A DNA stretch of 64,000 nt from Clostridia bacterium (GTDB lineage Bacteria > Bacillota > Clostridia > Oscillospirales > CAG-272): positions 4,850 through 68,849 of the forward strand of contig JAFTCT010000100.1 of the NCBI GenBank assembly GCA_017454525.1. The letters are read 5' to 3'. A model generated the notes under the pieces. The model was not told where the DNA came from. It worked only from the letters and a program-made list of their open reading frames with translations, and searched no databases. A program made the position numbers and the translations under genes. Each line of letters starts with the position of its first letter. Position 1 is the stretch's first letter. Of the stretch, positions 17,274 to 25,380 are shown piece by piece.

Positions 17274-17326
17274 GTGTTTTTTCAAACAAAAATCAGTTTT
17301 TCGGCATTTTTATTCTTCGAAAAGAC

Positions 17327-17355
17327 TTGTCAAAACGATACGGTTATAGTATAAT
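17327..17355 (+). promoter_or_regulatory. sigma-A-type promoter of murD
   Basis: TTGTCA - 17 nt - TATAAT, ~30 nt upstream of the GGAGG-ATG. Confidence 0.55.
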
Positions 17356-17386
17356 AATCAGTGAAATATTCTGCACGGAGGCTTCC

Positions 17387-18745
17387 ATGACAATACCTGA
17401 ATTCACAAAAGCCGCGAAAGGAAAGAAGGCGGAGATCCTGGGGCTCGGCGTATCGAACCTTCCGCTGATCGATTTTCTGCTCTCCTGCGGGATGCGGGTG
17501 TGCGCAAGGGACAGGAAAAGCAGAGAGGAACTGGGGAATACGGCCGCTGATCTCGAGGGCAAGGGCGTGACGCTGATCACCGGGGACAACTATCTTGACG
17601 GGATCGACGGCGACTACGTGTTCCGCTCTCCGGGCATCAGGCCGGACGTTGCGCAGATCGCCGCGGCGGTGCGAAAAGGCGCGATACTCACAAGTGAAAT
17701 GGAACTCTTTTTCGATCTCTGCCCCGCAAGGACCGTCGCGGTCACGGGAAGCGACGGAAAAACGACCACAACGACCTTGATCTCCCTTCTGCTGAAGGAG
17801 GCGGGCTATCGCGTCCGGTGCGGAGGCAATATCGGCACGCCCCTGCTTCCCTTCGTCAAAGAAATGACGGAAGCGGATTTTGCGGTACTGGAGCTCTCCA
17901 GTTTCCAGTTGATGACGATGCGGAAATCCGCGGAGATCGCGGTGCTCACCAATCTTTCCCCCAATCATCTCGACTGGCATAAGGGCATGGAGGAATACAT
18001 TCAGGCAAAGACCAACATTTTCTCCCATCCCGAGAACAGGATCGTCGTGATCAACGCCGACAACGCCCCGTCGAACGCGCTCGCGCTTCCCCCGGACAGC
18101 GAGATCAGATATTTTTCTTCCGAGAAAGCCCAAATTCCCGGGATGTACGAAAAGGACGGAGACGTTTTCCTCGACGGAAAGAGGGTCTTGAAAAAGGACG
18201 GCGTACTGCTGCCGGGCAGGCACAACAAACAGAACTATATGGCGGCGTACAGCGCGGTCAGGGACTTCGTATCTCCCGAATGTCTTGCCCGCGTCGCCGC
18301 GACCTTCAAAGGCGTGGAGCACCGTCTGGAATTCGTGCGCGAATACCGCGGCGTGCGCATCTATAACAGCTCCATAGATTCCTCGCCCAGCCGCACCGCC
18401 GCGGCGCTGAGCTGCTTCAAAGACAAGGTGAATATCATTTGCGGCGGCTACGATAAGCATATTCCCTTCGCGCCGCTCGCGGACGCGCTCTGCACCCACG
18501 CGAAGAACGTCGTTCTCACCGGCGCCACGGCGCCCGCCATTCAAAAAGCGCTCGACGAATGTCCGGCGAAAGAAAAGCCGCGCGTTCTGCACCGCCCGCT
18601 CTTTGAGGACGCCGTTCACACGGCGGTCGGGATCAGCGTCCCCGGCGACGTTCTGCTCCTCTCTCCCGCCTGCGCGTCGTTTGACGCCTTCAAAAACTTC
18701 ATGGTACGCGGCGAGACCTTCAAAAAAATCATAAACGAACTGTAA
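17387..18745 (+). CDS. murD: UDP-N-acetylmuramoylalanine--D-glutamate ligase
   Basis: Rossmann-like N-terminus (ILGLGVSN), VTGSDGKTTTTT P-loop, Mur-ligase middle and C-terminal domains. The ATG at 17387 follows a GGAGG RBS. The ORF-track start at 17327 lies inside the predicted promoter. Confidence 0.9.
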   Translation: MTIPEFTKAAKGKKAEILGLGVSNLPLIDFLLSCGMRVCARDRKSREELGNTAADLEGKGVTLITGDNYLDGIDGDYVFRSPGIRPDVAQIAAAVRKGAILTSEMELFFDLCPARTVAVTGSDGKTTTTTLISLLLKEAGYRVRCGGNIGTPLLPFVKEMTEADFAVLELSSFQLMTMRKSAEIAVLTNLSPNHLDWHKGMEEYIQAKTNIFSHPENRIVVINADNAPSNALALPPDSEIRYFSSEKAQIPGMYEKDGDVFLDGKRVLKKDGVLLPGRHNKQNYMAAYSAVRDFVSPECLARVAATFKGVEHRLEFVREYRGVRIYNSSIDSSPSRTAAALSCFKDKVNIICGGYDKHIPFAPLADALCTHAKNVVLTGATAPAIQKALDECPAKEKPRVLHRPLFEDAVHTAVGISVPGDVLLLSPACASFDAFKNFMVRGETFKKIINEL

Positions 18746-18760
18746 AAAGCGAGGATCACT

Positions 18761-19801
18761 ATGGATTACATGAAAATTCTCGACGAATTGCGCTCTGTCC
18801 CGACGCTGTCCGGCTTTGAGGACCGGGGGGCGGAAGACGTACTCAAACTGCTGTCACCCTATTTTGACGAGAGCCGGCGCGCGGGGGTGAACTGTCTGCT
18901 GTTCACAAAGAAATGCGGAAAAGAAAACGCGCCGAAGATCCTGATCGACGCGCATCTCGACGAACTCGGACTGATCGTGACAGATCTGAAGGACGACGGG
19001 CTTCTGACCGTATCAAGCCTCGGAGGCATGGACAAACGCACGCTGACTGCGTCGGTGTTCACAGTCCACGCGGCAAAGGATCTGAGGGCGGTATCGGTCA
19101 AAAAGCCGTATCTGATCACCAAGGACAAGAAGCTGCCGAAATACGGCGAATTCTGGCTCTTCACGGGGTTATCGAAGACCGAACTGACCGACGCGGGCGT
19201 CCGCGTCGGCACGCCGGTCTCCTGTCAGCGCTCTACCGAAAAGCTGGGAGAAGGACAGTATTACGGCGCGTACATGGACGACAAATCCTGCGCCGTCGCG
19301 GGGCTGATCGCCGTCGATCTGCTCCGGGACAAGCCCCTTGAATGCGACGTCGTCCTGATGCTCTCCTCCCAGGAGGAGAGTTTCGGCGCGGGCTTTCCGA
19401 CAGGTGCCGCCGCCGTTTGTCCCGACGAGATCCTCGTCGTTGACGTCGACCTCGGCTCGACGCCGGAAACCGACGATAAAGACACCGTCAAAATGGGCGA
19501 GGGGCCCTCGGTGACCGTCTCCGTGCAGACAGACCGTCGTCTGACAAAGGATCTGCTGCGCATCGCCCGGGAAAAAGAGATCCCGGCGCAGACCGCGCTC
19601 TGCGTAAAAAGCACAGGCACCAACGCGTCGTCCTCCCCCTTCCTGCTCGGAGGCGTGCCGACGGCGTGCATCGGACTGCCGCTCAAGTATATGCACACGA
19701 CGGTCGAAACGCTGTACGAAAAGGATCTGATCAATACGGGGAAACTGATCGCGGCGTATATCGAATACCGTTTCGGCGGGAAAGGAGGCGCGCAGCAATG
19801 A
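18761..19801 (+). CDS. M42-family (TET/FrvX-type) aminopeptidase, paralog 1, metal ligands intact
   Basis: AHLDELG, YMDDKS, SSQEES, VVDVD and KYMHT motifs are present. Confidence 0.85.
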   Translation: MDYMKILDELRSVPTLSGFEDRGAEDVLKLLSPYFDESRRAGVNCLLFTKKCGKENAPKILIDAHLDELGLIVTDLKDDGLLTVSSLGGMDKRTLTASVFTVHAAKDLRAVSVKKPYLITKDKKLPKYGEFWLFTGLSKTELTDAGVRVGTPVSCQRSTEKLGEGQYYGAYMDDKSCAVAGLIAVDLLRDKPLECDVVLMLSSQEESFGAGFPTGAAAVCPDEILVVDVDLGSTPETDDKDTVKMGEGPSVTVSVQTDRRLTKDLLRIAREKEIPAQTALCVKSTGTNASSSPFLLGGVPTACIGLPLKYMHTTVETLYEKDLINTGKLIAAYIEYRFGGKGGAQQ

Positions 19802-20859
19802 AATTCCACGAAGATCTTTTTGAGCTTCTGCCGAAGCTCAGTCTGGCGTTCGGACCGACCGGATGCGAAAAGCGCGTGCTCGATCTGATCAAAACCGGGC
19901 TTGACGGCGTGTGCGACTGTACCTTCGACGCCGTCGGGAATCTGATCTGCCGTCTGCCGGGCGAAAAGGGGACGTCTTACGCCTTCATTTCGGGCGTTGA
20001 CGAGGTCGGCTTCATGATCACAAAAATCGACGACAAGGGGTACCTGCGCGTCGAAAGCACAAGCAGCGGCGATCCCGCCTGCTTCCTCGGCAAAAAGATG
20101 GTCGCCGGCGGCGACGCGCAGCTCTTCGAGGGCGTGGGCGCGGCAAAGGTGCTGCACACGCTCAAGGGGAACGAGCGCACCGACGCGCCGGAGTTTGAGC
20201 GTCTGTTCATTGATCTCGGCTTTGAAAAGAAAGAGGAGCTTGAAAACAAGATCGAGGTCGGCGATTTCGCGGCGTTCAAGGGCGATTATTTTGAGATGCC
20301 GCACGATCATATCGTCGGAAAGGCGTTGGAATGCCGCGCCAACTGCGCGATCCTCGTCACGCTTCTGAAGCTCGCTTCAAAGCTGAAAAAAGAGGAGCGC
20401 AACGACCTGACCGTGATCTTTGCGGTCAAGGAAAAGATCGGTTTTTCGGGCGCCGTGACGGCGCTTCACCGCCTTGCGCCCGACCGCGCGGTGCTGCTCG
20501 GCTTCGAGCCGTCCTGCGATCTGGACGAAAAGGACGCCGACCGGAAGGGCGCCCTGCTCGGCAAGGGACCGGTGCTGCCGCTCAAGGACGGCAGAGCCCT
20601 CTACTACGACGATCCGGTGTTCTTCGAGCGGGCGAAAAACGCCTGCGGCAGTCAATTTACGCAGATCCTTGACGGCAGTCAGACGCTGTCGAGCAGCCGG
20701 GCGCACCTCGTACTCGCGGGCGTGCCGATGATCTCTCTGCGCCTTCCCTGCCATAACCCCGAAACGCCTTACGTGATCGTAAACAAGACCGATATCGAAC
20801 GGACGCTGTCGAAGGTCTGGTCGCTTGCCGTTTTTGCAGACGATGACGGCAGACGGTGA
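19798..20859 (+). CDS. M42-family peptidase homolog, paralog 2, metal-binding residues substituted (predicted pseudo-enzyme)
   Basis: Colinear with the flanking paralogs, but ISGVDEVG replaces AGHMDEIG, ALECRAN replaces PFDDRIG and VKEKIG replaces TQEEVG. The ATG at 19798 overlaps the upstream stop (ATGA). Confidence 0.75.
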   Translation: MKFHEDLFELLPKLSLAFGPTGCEKRVLDLIKTGLDGVCDCTFDAVGNLICRLPGEKGTSYAFISGVDEVGFMITKIDDKGYLRVESTSSGDPACFLGKKMVAGGDAQLFEGVGAAKVLHTLKGNERTDAPEFERLFIDLGFEKKEELENKIEVGDFAAFKGDYFEMPHDHIVGKALECRANCAILVTLLKLASKLKKEERNDLTVIFAVKEKIGFSGAVTALHRLAPDRAVLLGFEPSCDLDEKDADRKGALLGKGPVLPLKDGRALYYDDPVFFERAKNACGSQFTQILDGSQTLSSSRAHLVLAGVPMISLRLPCHNPETPYVIVNKTDIERTLSKVWSLAVFADDDGRR

Positions 20860-20881
20860 ATAGGACGAAAACCAAGAAAGG

Positions 20882-21895
20882 ATGAACGATATGAAAATTC
20901 TGAAAGAACTGATGCTCGTGCACGGCGTATCGGGCAGAGAAAGCAGAGTCGCCGATAAGATCGCCGAAATGATGACGCCTTACGTTGACAGCATCACGCG
21001 CGACGCGCTCGGAAATCTGATCTGCTATAAAAAAGGCAGCGCAAAGAACGCAAAGAAACTGATGCTCGCCGGACATATGGACGAGATCGGCTTCATCGTC
21101 ACGGGCGTCGACGACAAGGGATATATCCGCGTTTCTTCGATCGGCGGCATCCATTACGTTTCCGCCGCCTATTCGGCAGTGCGCTTCGAAAACGGTCTGC
21201 GCGGCGTGATCGTGCCCGAAGGAGACTTCAACAACAACTTTTCAAGCAGCAAATTCGTCATCGATATCGGCGCGAAGAGCAAAAAGGAGACCGAACGGCG
21301 CGTGAAGGTCGGCGATTTCGCCTCGACCGTCTCGCACGTCGAGCACCTGTCCGGCGAATACTGGGCGGGCAGACCGTTTGACGACCGCATCGGCTGCGCG
21401 ATCATGGTGCGCGCCGCCATGGAGATGAAGGACTGCAAAAACGACGCCTATTTCGTCTTCACAACGCAGGAGGAGGTCGGCTGCCGCGGTTCCAAGACCG
21501 CTTCATTTGCCGTCGCGCCCGACTTTTCGCTCGCCTTTGACGTGACGGGCAGTGGCGACGGACCGAAAGCAAGTCCAATGGCGGTCTCTTTGGGGAAAGG
21601 CGCCGCGATCAAGGTCAAGGACTCCTCCGTGATCTGCGACGGCGGATTTGTGCGCTTCCTTGACGAACTTGCCAAAGAAAAGAAAATCCCCGCGCAGCTC
21701 GAGATTTTAGAGGGCGGCGGCACCGACACCTGCTCGATGCAGACGGCGGGATGCGGCAGCCGCGCAACGGCGCTCTCCGTTCCGACGAGATACATCCATT
21801 CCAACAACGAAACGATCAGCAAAAAGGATTACGACGCCTGCGTCGCCCTGACGGCTGCCCTGCTTGAACGCGATCTCGGAAAGGAACGATTCTGA
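20882..21895 (+). CDS. M42-family (TET/FrvX-type) aminopeptidase, paralog 3, metal ligands intact
   Basis: GHMDEIGF, FDDRIGC, TTQEEVGCRGS, AFDVT and RYIHS motifs. Confidence 0.85.
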   Translation: MNDMKILKELMLVHGVSGRESRVADKIAEMMTPYVDSITRDALGNLICYKKGSAKNAKKLMLAGHMDEIGFIVTGVDDKGYIRVSSIGGIHYVSAAYSAVRFENGLRGVIVPEGDFNNNFSSSKFVIDIGAKSKKETERRVKVGDFASTVSHVEHLSGEYWAGRPFDDRIGCAIMVRAAMEMKDCKNDAYFVFTTQEEVGCRGSKTASFAVAPDFSLAFDVTGSGDGPKASPMAVSLGKGAAIKVKDSSVICDGGFVRFLDELAKEKKIPAQLEILEGGGTDTCSMQTAGCGSRATALSVPTRYIHSNNETISKKDYDACVALTAALLERDLGKERF

Positions 21896-21898
21896 AAC

Positions 21899-23146
21899 AT
21901 GGACGGTCTTGAAATCATCGCAAAGCGCGCGGAGGAAAACCTGACGGTCGGTTTTGAAAGGATCGACCGCATCGCATATATCAATACGGAGAGAGTGCTC
22001 GCGGCGTTCAAAAAGCACCGCGTCAGCGAGGGACATTTCGCATCCTCCACCGGCTACGGCTACGACGACCGCGGGCGCGAAGTCATCGACAGGATCTACG
22101 CCGAACTCTTCGGATGCGAAGCGGCGCTCGTGCGCCACAATATCGTCAACGGCACGCACGCGCTCGCGATCGGACTGTACGGACTGCTCCGTCCGGGCGA
22201 TACCCTGCTCTCGGTCGCCGGCAAACCCTACGACACGCTCGAGGAGGTCATCGGCATTTCGGGAACGCCCGGCAACGGCTCGCTTGCCGATTTCGGAATC
22301 GGCTACAGGCAGGTCGAACTGAAGAACGGAAAACTCGATTTCGACGCGATCGGAAAACGGCTCGACGGCAGCGTGAAGGTCGTATTCGTTCAGCGCTCCA
22401 AGGGCTATCTTGACAGGCCGACGCTGTCGGTCGACGCGATCGGAGAACTGGTCTCGTTTGTGAAAGAACGCTCGGACGCCTACGTGATGGTCGATAACTG
22501 CTACGGCGAATTCACCGAAACGAAGGAGCCCTCCGCGCTCGGCGCGGATCTGGTCGTCGGCTCGCTCATCAAGAATCCGGGCGGCGGCATGGCGGAATGC
22601 GGCGGCTATCTCTGCGGGACCGCTAAAGCGGTGGAACTCTGCTCCTACCGGCTGACCACCGTCGGCGTGGGCGGCGAGGTCGGCGCGACGGTCGGACAGA
22701 ACAAGAATATCCTGAAGGGTCTGTTCTACGCGCCGCATTCGGTCAAGGAAGCGCTGAAGACCGCGCTTTTCGCCGCAAAAGTGTTTGAAGAACTCGGCTT
22801 TGAAGCCGAGCCGGACTCAAGCGCGGTGCGGCACGATATCATCCAGTCGATACGGCTTTGCGATCCCGATCTGCTCTGCGCGTTCTGCCGCGGGATCCAG
22901 TACGCTTCGCCCGTGGACTCCTACGTAACCCCGGAGCCCTGGGATATGCCCGGCTATCAGGACAAGGTCATCATGGCGGCGGGGACCTTTACTTCGGGTT
23001 CCTCGATCGAACTGTCGGCAGACGGTCCGCTCCGCTCGCCCTATACCGTCTTTTTCCAGGGAGGGCTCACCTATGAGAGCGGAAAGGTCGGCATCCTTTC
23101 GGCGGCGAGGGAGGTTTTGAAGGCGCAGAAAAAACGCGCGGAATAA
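21899..23146 (+). CDS. methionine gamma-lyase-family PLP protein (YnbB / aluminium-resistance-protein type)
   Basis: Length and motifs (GYGYDDRGRE, SLIKNPGGG with the PLP Lys) are typical of PF06838. Confidence 0.75.
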   Translation: MDGLEIIAKRAEENLTVGFERIDRIAYINTERVLAAFKKHRVSEGHFASSTGYGYDDRGREVIDRIYAELFGCEAALVRHNIVNGTHALAIGLYGLLRPGDTLLSVAGKPYDTLEEVIGISGTPGNGSLADFGIGYRQVELKNGKLDFDAIGKRLDGSVKVVFVQRSKGYLDRPTLSVDAIGELVSFVKERSDAYVMVDNCYGEFTETKEPSALGADLVVGSLIKNPGGGMAECGGYLCGTAKAVELCSYRLTTVGVGGEVGATVGQNKNILKGLFYAPHSVKEALKTALFAAKVFEELGFEAEPDSSAVRHDIIQSIRLCDPDLLCAFCRGIQYASPVDSYVTPEPWDMPGYQDKVIMAAGTFTSGSSIELSADGPLRSPYTVFFQGGLTYESGKVGILSAAREVLKAQKKRAE

Positions 23147-23202
23147 CAAGCGCGTCCGTCGCCTCTCTCAATGACCCGTCGACCCTCTCAACAAAATAAC
23201 GA

Positions 23203-23248
23203 AAATGCGTCCCGGAACGGCATTAAAGCCGCCCGGAACGCATTTTTT
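23203..23248 (+). terminator. rho-independent terminator after the ynbB-like gene
   Basis: aaatgcgtcccgg / ccggaacgcattt stem (one mismatch) followed by T6. Confidence 0.65.
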
Positions 23249-23315
23249 CGTATTTGCTTTCAGGATCTATCCCGCGCCGTTGTCAAACGCGCCGGCGAAA
23301 GTCCTTTTCGTTTCC

Positions 23316-24092
23316 TTACGCTTTCGCAAGAATATCCAGCAGCGCCGTGACGTCGGCGATGTTGACCAGCCCGTCGCCGTTCAGATCGAAGGTCTTTTCA
23401 ATACCGGTACCGTTCTGCAGGGCGTCGAGCAGGACCGTCACGTCGGAAACGTCGGCGCTGCCGTCCCTGTTCATATCGCAGAGCGGCAGACAAGGATCCG
23501 GCAGGAGTTTGATCGGCTCGCGCTCGATCTTATAACAGCGCTTGCAGATGCGGATGCGGATCCCGCGCTCCGCTGTTGTCGGCGCGCAAAGGATGATCCA
23601 GTCGCCGAATATATGACCGAGCGGCTCGGTTTTTCTTGTTTCGATGATCCCGCATCTGATGCAGTAATGCCCTTCCTCGCCCGCCTTTTCACAGGTTGCG
23701 GGCGCGTTTTCCCACCAACGGCTGAACACGTGCTTGACGCGCTCCAGCCTGCCGCCGACCTTGAATTTGACTGCTTCCTCTTTATAGCGCAGTTCCACGT
23801 CGGCGGTATACAGCGGATGTTCTCCGTAGACCTCGGGTTCTGAAAGGCAGGTGATCGTCATTTCCTTCGGCGCGTAGTCGCAGGAGGCGAGCATTTCGTC
23901 CAGCCGTTCCTGAAGGAATTTGGCGTTCAGTTTGTCGCTGCACGTGGAAAAAGCGATCTTGGCGCCTTCAAAATGATTTCTGACCTTCTTCATCGGGTCT
24001 GCGTCCTCCGCGAGAGATCCCGCCTGAAAGCAGGGGATCATGGAAACGATCATCAACGCCGCCGTCAGAACGGCAAAAAGTCTTTTTCTCAT
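23316..24092 (-). CDS. secreted dockerin-containing protein with two Cys-x-x-Cys zinc-ribbon-like repeats
   Basis: Signal peptide. Repeats ATCEKAGEEGHYCIRCG...LGH and RIRICKRC. C-terminal duplicated Ca-binding dockerin segments (DMNRDGSADVSDVTVLLD and DLNGDGLVNIADVTALLD). The start is taken at MRKRLFAVL. Confidence 0.75.
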   Translation of the reverse strand: MRKRLFAVLTAALMIVSMIPCFQAGSLAEDADPMKKVRNHFEGAKIAFSTCSDKLNAKFLQERLDEMLASCDYAPKEMTITCLSEPEVYGEHPLYTADVELRYKEEAVKFKVGGRLERVKHVFSRWWENAPATCEKAGEEGHYCIRCGIIETRKTEPLGHIFGDWIILCAPTTAERGIRIRICKRCYKIEREPIKLLPDPCLPLCDMNRDGSADVSDVTVLLDALQNGTGIEKTFDLNGDGLVNIADVTALLDILAKA

Positions 24093-24145
24093 TTTCCGGT
24101 CCTTCCTTTTCACGTTTCGGCACTTTCCTTTCACGGGTATCTCAA

Positions 24146-25348
24146 TTACCTTTTTGAACCCTTGCTCCCCTTGAAGCTGACGCCGGACAGAACGTTGCTG
24201 TCAAAGGAATGAACGATATTCTTACTCTGCGCGGATCTTCTGACCGCCAGTGAGATGACTTTGTCGAGCAGTTCCCTGTAACTGACGCCGAGCGGCTCCC
24301 AGAGATAGAAGGAGAGCGAGCCGGGAATGGTATTGATCTCATTCAGGTAGACCTTCCCGTCGTCCATATCGATCATGAAGTCGATGCGCGCGACGCCCGC
24401 GCAGCCGAGGCATCTGAACGCCTTCACGGCGAGTTCGCGGATCTCCGCGCGCGTTTCGGCGGAGATATCGGCGGGGATCTTTCTCTTCAGCGACGCCATT
24501 CCTTTGCTGCCGCCGGCGCTTCCCTTCGCGCCCTTTGCGCCGCCGATATACTTATCCTCAAACGAGAGGATGTCGTCGCCCTGCACCGGCTGCTCGCATT
24601 CCGACGCCTCGGCGCCCGTTCTGTCGCCCAGCACCGCGCAGTTGATCTCCTTGAGGTTCATGATCGCGCGCTCGACCAGTACCGTCTGCGCGTAAATAAA
24701 TGCGTTTTCAAGCGCTTTTTTCAGTTCAGCTCTGTCGCGCGCCTTCATGATGCCGATGCTCGATCCGAGGTTGTAGGGCTTGACGATCATCGGATAGCCG
24801 ATCGCCTTCTCAAGCGCGTCCATTTCCCTGTCGGGCGTCCTGTTGTAGTCGGCGGAAAGCGACAGTCTGCCGTCGAGCACCGGGATATGATTGTAGGCGA
24901 GAACCGCCTTCATCGCGTATTTGTCCATTCCGAGCGCCGACGCGTAGACGTCGCAGCCGGCGTACGGGAGATCGAGCAGCGTCAGAAAGCCCTGCAGCGT
25001 TCCGTCCTCACAGTTGGTGCCGTGAACGGCGGGCAGCGCGACGTCGATCTGCGCAAGCAGATTGCCGCCGAATTTCTTTGCCGGGTAACGCACCAGATCC
25101 ACGGCGCCCCGCTCGCCTTTCACGAGCACGACGCGATCCGATTTTTTCAGAAGCTCGGGGATATTCTTATAGTTCTCGATCCGTCCGATCTCCGCGCCGG
25201 TAAAGAAGCGGTTGTCCTTGGTGATGTAGACCGGCACGATCTCGTATTTCTCCCTGTCGATGTATTCCGCCGCCTGAAGCGCGGTGATCACGGAGATCTC
25301 GTGCTCGACGCTGTTTCCGCCGAAGAAAAGTCCCACTCTGATTTTCAT
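24146..25348 (-). CDS. ddl: D-alanine--D-alanine ligase
   Basis: GGNSVEHEIS (equivalent to E15), KPYNLGSSIG (equivalent to S150), DKY (equivalent to K215-Y216) and EINTIPG. Carries a Gly/Lys-rich omega-loop insertion and a basic C-terminal tail. The start is taken at MKIRVGLFFGG. Confidence 0.88.
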   Translation of the reverse strand: MKIRVGLFFGGNSVEHEISVITALQAAEYIDREKYEIVPVYITKDNRFFTGAEIGRIENYKNIPELLKKSDRVVLVKGERGAVDLVRYPAKKFGGNLLAQIDVALPAVHGTNCEDGTLQGFLTLLDLPYAGCDVYASALGMDKYAMKAVLAYNHIPVLDGRLSLSADYNRTPDREMDALEKAIGYPMIVKPYNLGSSIGIMKARDRAELKKALENAFIYAQTVLVERAIMNLKEINCAVLGDRTGAEASECEQPVQGDDILSFEDKYIGGAKGAKGSAGGSKGMASLKRKIPADISAETRAEIRELAVKAFRCLGCAGVARIDFMIDMDDGKVYLNEINTIPGSLSFYLWEPLGVSYRELLDKVISLAVRRSAQSKNIVHSFDSNVLSGVSFKGSKGSKR

Positions 25349-25380
25349 ATACTCTTTCGTTCCTTTCAGAGAACAGATTC

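Noticed and set aside
17228-17386. Possible M-box (Mg2+) riboswitch upstream of mgtE.
   Set aside because: The spacer is only ~100-160 nt, is AT-rich, is shared with the divergent murD promoter, and contains a good TTGCAA-17-TATAAT promoter only ~10-30 nt from the mgtE start. There is no room for a ~160-nt structured M-box, and I saw none of its conserved G-rich helices.
19666-19797. Upstream part of ORF 19666-20859, which suggests a 397-aa protein.
   Set aside because: This stretch lies in another frame of M42 paralog 1. Homology to the flanking paralogs begins at MKFHEDLF (ATG at 19798, overlapping the upstream stop as ATGA).
24146-25348. Possibility that the Ddl is a D-Ala-D-Lac (vancomycin-resistance-type) ligase. 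A Phe appeared near the omega-loop Tyr position (ILSFEDKY).
   Set aside because: Counting against the E. coli DdlB numbering shows that the relevant residue is the Tyr of the K215-Y216 pair, which is retained here as DKY. The E15 and S150 equivalents are also present. The Phe aligns with Y212, which is not the specificity determinant.
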